DNA from: Octopus vulgaris
Lineage: Eukaryota
Direction of reading: 5' to 3'
Assembly (NCBI GenBank): GCA_951406725.2
Contig: OX597818.1
Coordinates: 87,482,001-87,546,000 of the forward strand
DNA: 64,000 nucleotides
Within the stretch, counting starts at the first letter, position 1. Each line of letters begins with the position of its first letter. Made by a program: the position numbers and the translations under genes. The notes beneath the pieces were generated by a model that was not told where the DNA came from, ran no database searches, and worked only from the letters and a program-made list of their open reading frames with translations. Positions 1 to 12,805 of the stretch are shown in pieces.

Positions 1-196
1 AAAAGTTGGCGTTGGCGGTTTTTGTACTAAAAACATTGGGTTGGATTGGATTCCTCACGTTCAGTCGCCTGCAGGACGAAGGCCGCAGTATAGTCTCTCC
101 ACCAACCACGGTTCGATGTGGAGGCCATGAATTTGAGCTTGAGATCTGGTTCGATATAGCTTGATACAAGGGTGCAATTTTATATACTCATAATTA

Positions 197-485
197 TTGG
201 CTTAGTGATTAGGGGATCGTAAGGTTTCGATTTCAATTCCCGGCTGCGCGTTGTGTCTTTGAGCAAGAAACTTTATTTCCCGTTTCTCCAGTTCACTCAG
301 CTGGCAAAAATGAATAGTGTCTGTATTTCAAAGAACCAGCCTATTCACATTCCTTGTCACGTTGAATATCCCATCTCTTGTCTGCGGAGTGCTCAGCCAC
401 TTGCGCATTAATTTCACGAGGAGGCAGTTCCGTTGATCGGATGAACTGGAACCCTCGTCATTGTAACCGACTGAGTACCAGTGCC
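197..485 (+). mobile_element. tRNA-derived SINE (CORE-like head C + tail T2), degraded
   Basis: A-box-like tggcttagtg, CORE-like gttgtgtctttgagcaag; the 3' part matches the tail of the copy at 36797-36970 (-). Confidence 0.8.
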
Positions 486-699
486 ATAATTATTTTAGCG
501 AAAGTATGAAAGGCTAAATCGTCCTCGGCAGAATTTTAACTGAGAATAAAACGATGGGCGAAATACTGCTAGGCCTTTTTATCCTCGTGCTAACGATTCT
601 GCCAGCTCAGCCTTACTCAGAAAGTAAAGGGCCGAAAGAAGCACTTTTTAAGGATCTAACGATTTTCCAGCTGGCTGCCCTGAAATATAATGCAAGCCA

Positions 700-1192
700 T
701 CTTATAATAACCTTGTTTGTTCGTCCGTTACTTAGCCCGTCCGTAACGCTTCTACGTGATAACTTGAAGGGGTGAGGAGGGGGAGGGGAGAGAAGTGGGG
801 GAAAGGAAAATGGTGGTGAGTGAATTTAAAAAATGTTTAAACTAATTTTTTTCCTTCGTTACTTGGCCCGTCTGTAATGCTTTCACGTGATTAGTTGAAG
901 AGAAAAGCGAAAGAAAAAGGTGGGAGAAAAAGAGGGTAAGGCGAAGAGGGAGAGAGAAAGCGGGAGAGTGTTGTGTATTAAGTCTATAAAATTGTACATA
1001 AAGTATATAAAATGTATATATAAAGTACATTAAGAAATCATCGTATTCCAATTGCCTTCATTTTTTAATGATTAGTAGATGAGTGATACAGACACAGCAC
1101 AGGTTACCCTTTCAGGTTTCTTAGATAAAGTTTTCAGAAATAACCCAAGAAGTTTATCAGTAATTCCGTGAAATATTCACGGGTTCCGCTAG
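700..1192 (+). mobile_element. Non-autonomous Helitron
   Basis: A|TCttataataa start; 3' hairpin ccgtgaa-ata-ttcacgg (1166-1182) then CTAG|T at 1189-1193. Confidence 0.65.
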
Positions 1193-1673
1193 TACTAATA
1201 ATTCGTTCTAATTTTTGGCAAAGGATGAGCAATTTTGATTACTTCGACCTCAGTGCTAAATTGGTACTTATTTTATCTCCTTATAGGTAAGGTCATCGTT
1301 TGTGATATTTGAAACCCAAATGTAAAGCCGGAGGAAATGTTGCTAAGCAGTTTGTCCGACGCGCTTAACGATTTTGTCAGCCCGTCGACCTTGGAAATAG
1401 CTCGTCTAAAACAAAGCATCAACAACAAAGAAATCATTAAAAAAAAAGATGATAGTACACACGATGCGGAATCTGAAATGACTTTAACGATTTAAATTTA
1501 GCTATCAGTTTTATTTTCTTTCGTTTAATGAATTTCAATTTGGTTTCAAAATTTGATTTGCGTCTACAAAATATTTTTTTCGACCAATTTTCTTCCTTGC
1601 CATGCTCATATTCTCTGACACTCAATTTTCCATTTATGAAAATTTGAAATCTGAAATTTCAGACCATTAACGG

Positions 1674-1721
<48 letters not shown>

Positions 1722-1802
1722 ACGCACGCACGCACGCACACGCACACGCACATGCACACGCGCGCACACACACACGTACACACATTATCATCATCATCAT
1801 CA

Positions 1803-1836
<34 letters not shown>

Positions 1837-2470
1837 AGGCGACGAGCTGGCAGAATCGTTAGCATGCTGGACGAAATGGTTATCGGTATTTCGTCCGTTG
1901 CTCCGTTCTGAATTCAAATTGCACCGAGGTCGACATTACCTTTTATCCTCTTAGGGTCGATAAAATAAGTACCATTTGAACACTGGCGTCAATGTAATCG
2001 ACTCATCCTCTTCCCCAAAATGGCTGCCATTGTAGCAAAATTTGTAACTGTTATCATTATTATTATTATTATTGTTATTATTATTATTATATAAAGCCAA
2101 AATCTGACAGAATTGTTAGAGCGCCGGGAAAATTGTTTAGCGGTATTTCGTCTGCTGTTACGTTCTTAGTTCAAATTCCGTCGAGGTCGACTTTGCCTTT
2201 CATCCTTTCGGGGTCGATAAATTAAGTACCAGTTACGCACTGGGGTAAATGTAATCGACTTAATCCCTTTGTCTGTCCTTGTTTATCCTCTCTGTGTTTA
2301 GCCCCTTGTAGGTAGTAAAGAAATCGGTATTTCGTCCGTCCTAACGTTCTGAGTTCAACTGTCACCGTGGTCGACTTTGCCTGTCATCCTTTCAGGGGCG
2401 ATAAAATAAATACGAGTTGAGCACTGGGGTTGACGCATTTGCTGGTCTTGGGCGAAAACTGGAAACCAAT
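1837..2470 (+). mobile_element. Tandem copies of SINE family B (Meta-domain-like) separated by (TTA)n
   Basis: aggcgacgagctggcagaatcgttagc head; core gcctttcatcctttcggggtcgataaattaagtacc; about 20 copies of this family in the window. Confidence 0.9.
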
Positions 2471-2649
2471 ATTATTATAAAATGAAATTTAAAAATGTAA
2501 ACCTGTTGTTTTTATATCAGGGCATGAACAGCTTTACCTTAGTGCTGTGAGTTGAAACCTTACGAGCACCGACTTCATGTTTCATTCCCAACCAAGGCCG
2601 ATAAAATGATTGTTTGAAATACATTGCTTTTGTCTTGTATTTGGACAAG

Positions 2650-3130
2650 ACCAAGCTCGACCCTCAGAAGAGGAGAGTTTGGCAAACCGTCAAATTTGCT
2701 GTCTTCAATTCGGTTTTTCGTGCATATCCTCACATATAGCCATGAGCGTTGGATAAAAACCGAAAGAATACGATCGCGAATACGAGCGGCCGAAAGGGGG
2801 TCCTCCGAAAAGATCTTTGGAGTAGCGTTACTCGATAGGGAGCCTTGTCAGGGTATTTCTTCAGGTAGAGCCGGTACTTCATCACATTGAGAGGTTACAG
2901 CTCTGATACTACGTACAAGTGATTATAATATCGCAGGAATGGATCACGGGGCAGGTTCTTCAAGCTGAGCCAATCGACAAGACACCTAGGGGTAGATTAA
3001 GAACGAGACGGTAGGATAATATCCATAATCTCAGTTGGACACGCTTAAGAATCCACCCGGAAAATCTAATGACGGTTGCTTCCGATAGGAACCTACGACT
3101 TTTCCAGGAACAGTGGCAGAGAAGATGGAT
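2650..3130 (+). pseudogene. Degraded RTE-clade LINE 3' fragment
   Basis: Frameshifted peptide TERIRSRIRAAE..., ...PRGRLRTRR*DNI, typical of an RTE C-terminus. Confidence 0.65.
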
Positions 3131-3274
3131 GGACCAAGTTCTTCAGGTTTTTGTTATTATCATTGCTGTTGTTTAACCCAGGCCAGCTCTGCCTGAACTA
3201 GCCTATAATTATAATTGTTACTCATACAAAAATTTTAACTAATTTTCCTTCATCGCTCTCCATCGCTCTCTATA

Positions 3275-3787
3275 GTAGGAGCGTTCAACTCGGTGGAAGA
3301 TGTGTTGAAGGCGAATCTAGATAAAGGAACTCGCCCCAGTCTCTTCAACGGCACAGTCTTCCCTGCAATGCTATACGCATGTGAGACTTGGACCTTGACG
3401 AAGATAGAAGAGCAACATCTGCTTACGGCGAAAGAAGCTATGGAAACGTTGATGCTGGGAATCTCGCTAAGCGATCACATCCGGAACGCGGAGATCAGGA
3501 ATAGAACTGGAGTGAAGGACGCTTTCGCAGAATACCACCACGGAAAGCTACGATGGGCCGGTCATGTCGCAAAGTTCACAGACGATTGGTGGACTCGTGC
3601 AGTTGTCGAGTGGTACCCGCACAAGCGGAAGGGACCACAGGAAAGACCTCCAGTCAGGTGGGAAGGCGATTTAAGAAGAATGTTTGAAGCGATGCTGAGG
3701 AGAATGGCAAGAGCACGAGGGGAATGGAGTAAACGCTGTGACCAGCGAAGCCAACTCGGCACCAGACAGCCCGGCCAATCCAGGTGA
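3275..3787 (+). pseudogene. RTE-clade LINE ORF2 C-terminal fragment (5'-truncated)
   Basis: LFNGTVFPAMLYACETWTLT, KLRWAGHVA, WTRAVVEWYP, RPPVRW motifs in ORF 3293-3787. Confidence 0.9.
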
Positions 3788-4197
3788 AAATAATTCTCAT
3801 GTGTTCTTCTCTTACGTGAAAGATGAATGAACGAATAATTAAATGCTGAGAGGTAATAAAAATGTATCACACATAAGTGAAAGGCCTTCGTTCGCACAGC
3901 AATAAATTGTGGCATAATGTATTCACAGTCTTTGGCCCTGAAAATAGTATGAGAATACCACTTCTATATGCTTCCCTTGTCTTTTGGGGACGTACAAACA
4001 CAAAATTTGACTGATACCGAAGAAAGGAAAAAAAGACTACAGAAAAAATTTTCCATAATGTGAATTAGAATTTGACATGACAGGTTTCGCCTTGTTAGAA
4101 AAACATAATAAACTATGTATACTCAAAATTGTTTCTAACTATGTCTTAGAAACTATGCACGGCTATTTCACTGTTTTCTTTGCGTTAGTTTGTCTTT

Positions 4198-4273
<76 letters not shown>

Positions 4274-4353
4274 ATATGGAATGAAAACAGTAACTCGAAT
4301 ACACTTCTTGATTATAGTTTAAATAATTAATCGACTAGACAATATTCTAACAC

Positions 4354-4398
4354 TCTATACTGATGACGTACAAAATACAAAAGCATGCTGTTTATAGA
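4354..4398 (+). ncRNA. Decayed minimal hammerhead motif
   Basis: tctata-CTGATGA-c-gta caaaa tac-aAAA-palindrome agcatgct-...tataga. G12 is lost (CpG-type decay). Confidence 0.4.
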
Positions 4399-4684
4399 TA
4401 TAGAACTAAATAAAATAACAATAAATAATAAAAACTAAACGTTTCGAGTCACTTACTTATAACGATAATTTAATGGGAGAAAAATTAGGCCCAAATAATT
4501 TTCGCATGTTTCTTTCCCCTTTCACGAAAAATTATTGAGCTAATAATTAAGTTGCCTTTAGACGTCTGTGTGTTTTCTTTTCTTTATTATTTAGTCAAAA
4601 AGGGTAGAAGCAGATGGATGATGCGGAAATTGTACAGGTATCAAAGACTTCATATGTTGTATGTCCTTTCTATTTTAAGATGGT

Positions 4685-4738
<54 letters not shown>

Positions 4739-4739
4739 A

Positions 4740-6045
4740 GATGCATAGAGTGCTGAAAAGCGGAACGCCAGGTTTACTTAGTTCGATATTGTAGACTTCT
4801 ATGCTTCTAACGCCAAAGACCTTCTAGCTAGAGCATTTAACTTTGCAGGCAGATTTACCACCATATGCGATAGGGAAGATTCATATACTGTATTCCTAGT
4901 TTGCCGGATAAGCCACAGTAAGACAGTACGGATATTTTGAGGAAAATTAATACTAGCATTGGAAAAGCTGCCAACATATCTCAGTGGTCAAATAGTTTAG
5001 ATGTCAAAGATTGGTTTAAGAATATTTCTGAAAAGTGGAACGCCAAGTTCACTCAATTCAATATTGTAGACTTCCATACTTCTAACGTCAAAGACCTTAT
5101 TTTTAAAGCACTTAATTTTGCTGGAAGATTTACGCCATATGCGATAGTGACATCGAAATAATTTTTTACCGATACTGACAGCTTCTTCGACACAAGCAAA
5201 AGGTCGCATGACAGGGATAACAGACACATGCGACCTGATTCACTTATTCCTGCTCGAGACACTACAGAGATCTTTCTGCTCTGTGATTTTTGGAATATAC
5301 AGAGATGACATAATAACCAACTCCAGGTACACCAACAATCCTGCCCAAAGCCAAGTGAGGAAATACATTATCCAAGACTTAAGTCCTTTGGCTTAAAGAT
5401 CATTACAGATATCAACAGTAGTCAGTTTCTTAGGTATGTCAATAGACTTGCTTAGCGTTACTTATGATTCTTATAGGAAACCAAGCGATCAGATGACTCG
5501 CATCACTGCAGCTTTTAATAACTTTGTTAAAAAGATTGATTTCAAACTTTGGCACAAGGCCAGCAATTTTAGGGGAGTGTACCAGTGCTCAGCTGGTACT
5601 TATTTTATCGACCCCGAAAGAATGAAAGGCGAAGTTGACTTCAGTATCATTTGCACCCAGAACGTCAAGATGGGGGTGGGGGAATGCCGTTAAGCATTTT
5701 GCTTAATTTAGTTAAAAAACGAAATATTGGCAAAACAAATCTTCAGTCTCATCTCCAGTAAGGACATTTTTGACAAAGTAGATTCCTTTTATAATGATGC
5801 TCTGTAAGTTAGCAGCTTTAAGGACAAAATTAGTCATACGTTACACTCCCGGCATAGGATCACTTAGACGAATAAGGTGCTGGAACGTCACCTGGTTCCT
5901 GGTTCACCTCTTTATTCTACAGACGTCGCAAAAAATAAACAAAATTTTAACGTTGATAGACAAACACTTTCTTGCTAATCACTGATACAGATAGCTTTTC
6001 AACAGGTACAATTTAAAGATTAATTATAGTTCCAGCCCAACTTCA
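4740..6045 (+). pseudogene. Old Penelope-like (Naiad-type) RT remnant with SINE B inserted at about 5543-5700
   Basis: WFKNISEKWNAKFTQFNIVDF...ALNFA, GIYRDD and VTWF align with the element at 21943-24100; about 115 bp local duplication (4757-4870 vs 5025-5145). Confidence 0.8.
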
Positions 6046-6059
6046 AAAGAATCTTGCTC

Positions 6060-7430
6060 CATGTCGCATTGCAGGATTAGAAGTAGGTATTTCTGCAAGT
6101 TCATAAAAGCTTCTTTGATTCCTATAATTTCATATTTAATAGTTTCCCCATTCTAATCTATATTCCTATCTAGTTTCGCATAAAGATTTTGTAGTATGGC
6201 ATTTAACAATTTTTTCAGTAGATGTCTCAGCCAAGAAGAGGCAGAAAACAAAGCATATAAGCGCTGGGCAGTAACAAAAATACAAAATGGATATCCGACA
6301 ACTTGTTGCACAATCGCTTATCACTGTGTTCAACATCCACATCGCATATAAAACGCCAGAAGATTTTCCTTCATAAAGATTGAGTGAACTCCTTCATTCT
6401 CTCCATTCATATTCGAACTATTAACATAATTCATTTTCTCTGCAGCTATATAAGTCTAACGCGCTGCCTCTCAGAAAATCAAATATACTTTCTTAGGATC
6501 TTTTGCCTGGAGTATCTATAACTGGTTTATAGCTAACATAAAGTTCCTTTATAGAAATGTTTTCTAGATCTAAAGGTATATTGTAACTTAAAGCTGCTCC
6601 ACATGATGTGTAAGTGGTGTAGCAGCTGAAGTGTTTGGCTTCTATAATTCGCTTTAATATGTTTCCTGAACAGCGCTTCCCAAACACATTGATCATTTTA
6701 TTCTGAACATTTTTCCTCCTACAATTGTAAATGTGAGTTTCTTTAGATACAACCCGACATAAATGTTCGTTCATTGCCAGACCAAACATTACAAGTAGCT
6801 CAACAAGACCTAAAACATTCTCATTGTGTGGTATAAATAATGTGTCTGAACTTCCTATGAAAGCCGAATTGTGTTCGGCTAAATACAGAGCAACACCCAT
6901 TAAACGTTCCCAAACTTTACATTAATGCACTCGCTCGTTTTCCACACGTGACTGCATCTCCTTATCAATAGTTTTATTAGCCTGAAATCGCAGTGATATC
7001 TCAAACCACTTCTCAAGACATTCCACATGATATACAGTGTTTTCATGCTTTTGCAAGTATTCACGAGTGTACTTCCAGTCATTAATTCCAGATTTTTCCC
7101 AAAATGATATTTTTTTCTTGAGAAATCAAAAAACATCTTTCAACAAAAACTATACATTTTATTGGTTCTTCTAAGAAAATGGTCAACGCTGTTAATTTCC
7201 TTATATATTATTGTCAACGAGAAACTACATTTATTTGTATCTTTTCGAAAACGACTGTTTATTTATAGGATGCAGTTCATTGATCATGTGATCAGCTTCC
7301 ATCAGTGGTAAATTTTCCAGCCAGTGTATATGGATCCTAGTAGTTGATCTTTTGGCAAGTTTAGACATTTGTTTTTAAAATTTTCAGAATTCTCTTCTAT
7401 GACATTATTGCCGTCTCTTCAACAACTTTA
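6060..7430 (-). pseudogene. hAT transposase remnant (ZMYM1/DUF4371-like)
   Basis: LYLAEHNSAFIGSSD...NENVLGLVELL...NVQNKMIN...IEAKHFS; many stops and frameshifts. Confidence 0.8.
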
Positions 7431-7478
7431 CAAAAACGAAGAAATGAAGAAAAAGAAGATATAGAAAATAAAGAAGCA

Positions 7479-7880
7479 GACGCAGGAGTGGCTGTGTGGT
7501 AAGTAGCTTGCTTATGAACTACATGGTTCCGGGTTCAGTCCCACTGCGTGGCATCTTGGGCAAATGTCTTCTACTATAGCCTCGGGCCGACCAAAGCCTT
7601 GTGAGTGGATTTGGTAGACGGAAACTGAAAGAAGCCTGTCGTATGTATGTATATATATATGTATGTGTGTGTGTTTGTGTGTCTGTGTTTGTTCCCCTAG
7701 CATTGCTTGACAACCGATGCTGGTGTGTTTACGTCCCCGTCACTTAGCGGTTCGGCAAAAAGAAACCGATAGAATAAGTACTGGGCTTACAAAGAATAAG
7801 TCCCGGGGTCGATTTGCTCGAGTAAAGGCGGTGCTCCAGCATGGCCGCAGTGAAATGACTGAAACAAATAAAAGTAAAAG
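7479..7880 (+). mobile_element. Full-length SINE family A (tRNA head, CORE-like, internal TA/TG microsatellite)
   Basis: gcaggagtggctgtgtggtaag...ggttcagtccc (B box)...ttgggcaa...gactgaaaca tail; about 18 copies in the window. Confidence 0.92.
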
Positions 7881-8269
7881 ACGATGATGAAGAAGAAAAT
7901 GGAGCTATAACTATAGAGATTGTCGGAAAAATATTTGTACAAATTTTAAATATAAAAAGTGTTCAAGAAATATATTAAAAGGTACGTATAACTTAAAATC
8001 TAGGAAAACAGAATTCTTTGGAGAAAGGAAGTCGATTGAAAATAGAAAAAAAATTGCATATTTTTTCTATAGTTTTAGCGATCAATCTGGTTCTCCGCCA
8101 CCCATTTCTCTTTATTCCGCTCCTCTTTCCTTCTCTCTCTCCCCATCTCCCCTCTCTTCTACACCTCCCCTTCTCTTTCTTTCTTCTCTCTCCTTCATCT
8201 CCCCTCTCTTCTACACCTCCTCTTCTAATACTTCTCTTTCCAGTTTACTTTCTTTATCGATATCTTCAC

Positions 8270-8338
<69 letters not shown>

Positions 8339-8614
8339 GTACTCACTTGCACACATGCATGTGCTCACGCGCGCGCGTGCACACATTCATATAAACGCAT
8401 ACAAGGAGAGGTGAGAGAAAGGGAGAAAAGAAGAGAGAAAGAGAGATATGGGAGAGATAGATAGACAGATAAATGAAAAGGGAGAATGAGATAGACCGAA
8501 AAAGTGAAAAACAAAACACAAACAAAAGTATGAATAAATAATTAGACCGATAAAGAAACAAAATAATCAGATTTACAGATACGCAAAGATATAGATGAAT
8601 ATCAGTAAAGTTAC

Positions 8615-8711
<97 letters not shown>

Positions 8712-8762
8712 ATATATATATATGTATATGTACATACACACACACATATGTACACTCACTCA

Positions 8763-8814
<52 letters not shown>

Positions 8815-8990
8815 TGTATATGTTATTTCGATGCATCTGTCAATATATTCTAATTTGTAGCAGAGATGCAGAGTGTTTAATACTCCGTTGTTTAAATAAG
8901 TTCGTGGAGCGTGTTACATAGACGTCTGACGCTCATGCAATATATATGTACCTTTACTGTAAATGTAAAAAGCATAGCTACATAAAATGT

Positions 8991-9056
<66 letters not shown>

Positions 9057-9334
9057 GTATAAGCTTGCATTTCTAGTCGGACTGTGAGGTCTCAGGTTTC
9101 GTGCATGGGTGCATTCGTCAGCGAGGTGGAAAGCATGTATTAACCAGGCAAATCTATTTTGTTCGATTTGTAGGGCCAAAGTTAGTAAACTGCAGCGATA
9201 TAGGATTGAAATTAACCGTCCAGAAATGTAATACGAACGATCTATTTGGAATTTTATTCACTCCACTCTACTTTAGAATGCTTTGTCATAATATATATTA
9301 TTTGAAAATATCCTGTATTTTGTTGCATATAATC

Positions 9335-9708
9335 TTTTATTCTTCACTTGTTTCAGTCATTAGACTGCGCCCATGCTGGAGCACCGCCTTGAATAATTTT
9401 TAGTTGAATGAATCGACGCCAGTAGTTATATTTTAAGCTTTGAACTTACTCTATCGGTCTCTTTTGCCGAACCGCTAATTTACGTGGATGCAAACACACC
9501 AACACCGGTTGTCAAACACACAAACACACACACACACATATGTATATATACGACGAGCTTCTTTCAGTTTCCGTCAACGAAATTCACTCACAAGGCTTTG
9601 ATTGGCCCGTGGCTATAATTGAAAACACTTGCCCAAGATAATGCGTAGAGGGACTGAACCCGGAACCAAGTGGTTGGAAAGCAAGCTTCTTACCACATAG
9701 CCACGCCT
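9335..9708 (-). mobile_element. SINE family A
   Basis: Diverged reverse complement of 7479-7880. Confidence 0.9.
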
Positions 9709-10176
9709 GTGTGCACAATTACTCCTCCTCGATAATTATATATGGTTAAAGGCGATGAGCTGGCAGAGTTTAGCACGCTGGACGAAATGCTTAGCGGCAT
9801 ATCGCCCGTCGCTACGTTCTGAGTTCAAATTCCGTTGAGGCCGACTTTGCTTTCATCCTTTTGGGGTCGATAAATTAAGTACCAGTGAAATTCTGGGGTC
9901 GATATCATCGACTAGTCCTCTCCTCCAAAACTTCAGGCCTTGAGTTTATAATAAAAAGGATATGTGGTTAGGAAGTTCACTTTGCAACTATGTGGTTAGG
10001 AAGCTCACTTTGCAACTATGTGGTTCTGAGTTCAGTCCCACTACGTTGCACCTTGATCAAGTGCCTTCTACTACAGTCCTGGGCTGACCAGTGTCTTGTG
10101 AGTGAATTCAGTTGACGGAAATTGTGCAGAGGCTCGTCGTGTGTATATACGTATACATATGTCCCCCCTCCCCCTC

Positions 10177-10285
<109 letters not shown>

Positions 10286-10319
10286 TTATCTCTCTGCGTG
10301 TATATATACATATATATAT

Positions 10320-10490
10320 TCCAGAGTAAGCACATAAATGTGAAACAAAGTGGAAAAAATAGTCCTCGAATACCGGAGGCAGAGCAATATGCTTTATTAA
10401 TAAAGCTGTAAAGACATCACAAAAACTGTAACTCGGAGCTTCACGTTCCCGTCGGCAGACAGTTTTACCAAACCTAAACTACCATACAAG
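10320..10490 (-). mobile_element. Penelope pLTR fragment with decayed HHR (10421-10466)
   Basis: Reverse complement aaaactgt-ctgccga-cgggaacgt-gaag-ctccgagtt-acagtttt is homologous to 25312-25390. Confidence 0.7.
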
Positions 10491-10526
10491 AATTTGGCAA
10501 AATGATGGAAGCATCTTAAAATTTCA

Positions 10527-11661
10527 AACAAATTTATGTTGCCCATTCTTCAGCTAAAACAGTCGCCAGTTCTTGTAGTGATGATGGTGGAGGATATCGA
10601 GGCCTCACTTGTTTTTCTAAAATGCATCATAAATTTTCAATAATATTGAGATCTGGGGACTGTGATGGCCAGATAAGATGTTCAACTTCACTAGAATGTT
10701 CCTCGTACCATTCAGTAACAACTTAAGCTGTGTGAATTGGTGTATTATCATCCTGAAAGATTGCGTTTCCTTCCGGAAACAGTTCCGCAACCATAGGATG
10801 AATTTGATCAGATAAAATGCTTAAATAGTCTTGACTATTATTTCTGTCATTAAGGGGAACCATTGGGTCGGTGGGTTTCCAATATATAGCCCTACCAGAT
10901 CATCACAGATCCACCGCTATGTTTAACAGTTGGAAGAGGGCAGTCTGGTTCAAATGCTTCTTTTGGCTGTCTCCACACGTATACTCGGCCGGTGATCGGA
11001 AATAAGATAAAGGGCAACTCGTCCGAGAAAGGAACATTCTTCCACTGCTCTAGGGACCAATTCTGTAGGTTTTTACTCCCCTTTAAACACTTTGAAACGT
11101 TTGTTTTTGAAAATAGTGGTTTTCTGATTGCAACCCTCCCGTGAAATCCGGCTTTGTGCAGCTCCCGGCGAACAGTTTTTGTGGAAACTGGGTTCTCGTG
11201 GTGGCAATTAAGCTCTGCAGTAATTTTGGGAGCTGTACTTTTGTGATCCTTTCTAAATATTCGCGCAAGAGTCCAACAGTCCCTCTCTGAATGTTTTGGT
11301 TTTCTTCCGGAGTTTTGTTTCGACGAGGAGGTTTTTCCCTCTTTCTCAAAGGCTGTCATTACATTCGAGACAGTACTTCTTGATACACCAAACATTTCGG
11401 CTGTTTTCGTTACGCTAGCGCCTGCCATACAAGCACCAACAATTTGACTTCTTTGAAAATCCAATAGATTTGTCATTTTAATGAATTTTAATCACCTTTT
11501 TCTGATGATATCTGAAAAGAAACAGCCATTTAAAAAAAACATATTAAGCAACACTAATAATAAATAAAAAAACGCAAAAATAAACAAGCTTTTGGTGGTT
11601 TTATAGATGTATCAAAATTATGATGCTATGATGCTAGGGGTTTCCATTATTTTGTCCATCC

Positions 11662-11665
<4 letters not shown>
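10527..11665 (-). mobile_element. Tc1-family transposon with DD36E spacing, inactivated, 3' TIR missing
   Basis: TA|CAGAGGATGGACAAAATAATGG TIR; ORF from 11476 with HTH, GRKPK, FSDE, FQDDN and WPSQSPDLNIIE; internal stops. Confidence 0.92.
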
Positions 11666-11699
<34 letters not shown>

Positions 11700-11705
<6 letters not shown>

Positions 11706-12003
11706 CGTCACCGACCAGGCTATCAGATATTGCTACACATCGCTGGTCACAATGCGCTTTGCATTGTTTTTTTAGCCTCCAATGACGCCACCACGCTGGC
11801 TAAGTGAGCAGGCCAACAGAAGAAAGAGTTAGAGAAAGTTGTGGCGAAAGAGTACAACAGGGATCGCCACCACCCCATACCGGATCCTCGTGGAGCTTTT
11901 AGGTATTTTTGCTCAATAAGCACTCACAACGCTCGGTCTGGGAATCGAAACCGCGATCCTACAACCGCGAGTTCGCTGCCCTAATCAGTGGGCCATTGCG
12001 CCT

Positions 12004-12005
<2 letters not shown>
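11700..12005 (-). mobile_element. tRNA(Arg)-like OR-type SINE with tail T3
   Basis: Head ggaggcgcaatggccc...ctcgcgg...gtttcgattccc; paralog at 40112-40405. Confidence 0.85.
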
Positions 12006-12078
<73 letters not shown>

Positions 12079-12079
12079 G

Positions 12080-12129
<50 letters not shown>

Positions 12130-12133
<4 letters not shown>

Positions 12134-12805
12134 CTGGCAGAATCGTTAGCATGCTGGTCGAAATGCTTAGCAGTATTTCGTCTGTCTTTATACTTTGCCT
12201 CTGTTCAAATTCCGCCGAGGTCGACTTTGCCTTTCATCCTTTCGGGGTTGATAAATTAAGTACCAGTTGCATATTGGGGGCGATTTAATCGACTGGCCCC
12301 CTCCCACAAAAATTTCAGGCCTTGTGTCTATAATAGAAAGGATAATGCGTGTGTGTATATTTGATTTTGTTTATATTCCCGGAACATAACGATTTACCAA
12401 AAGAAATCGATAAAATATGTATCAAGCTTATAAAAGAAGTATGTACTGATGCTGTTTCGTTTAATTAAAATTCTTCAAGGCGCTGCTCCACCATGGCCGC
12501 AATCCAACAACTGAAAAATAATTAAACGATAAAAGCCAGGTGACACAAACATAGAGTAACCTATATAGATGTTTCTTATTTCTTTATTGCCCACAAGGGC
12601 TAAACATAGAGGGAACAAACAAGGACAGACAAAGGGATTAAGTCGATTACATCGACCCCAGTGCGTAATGGTATTTAATTTATCAACACCGAAAGGATGA
12701 AATGCGAAGTCGACCTCGGCGGATTTTGAACTCAGAACGTAAAGACAGATGAAATACCACTAAGTATTTCGCCTGGCCTGCTAACGTTTCTGCTAGCTCG
12801 CCGCC
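12130..12805. mobile_element. Two SINE B copies in inverted orientation (12130-12340 +, 12572-12805 -)
   Basis: Family B core present on both strands. Confidence 0.85.

Noticed and set aside
50-170. Possible minus-strand RTE 3' end (AAFVLQATE)
   Set aside because: Too short and degraded to support.
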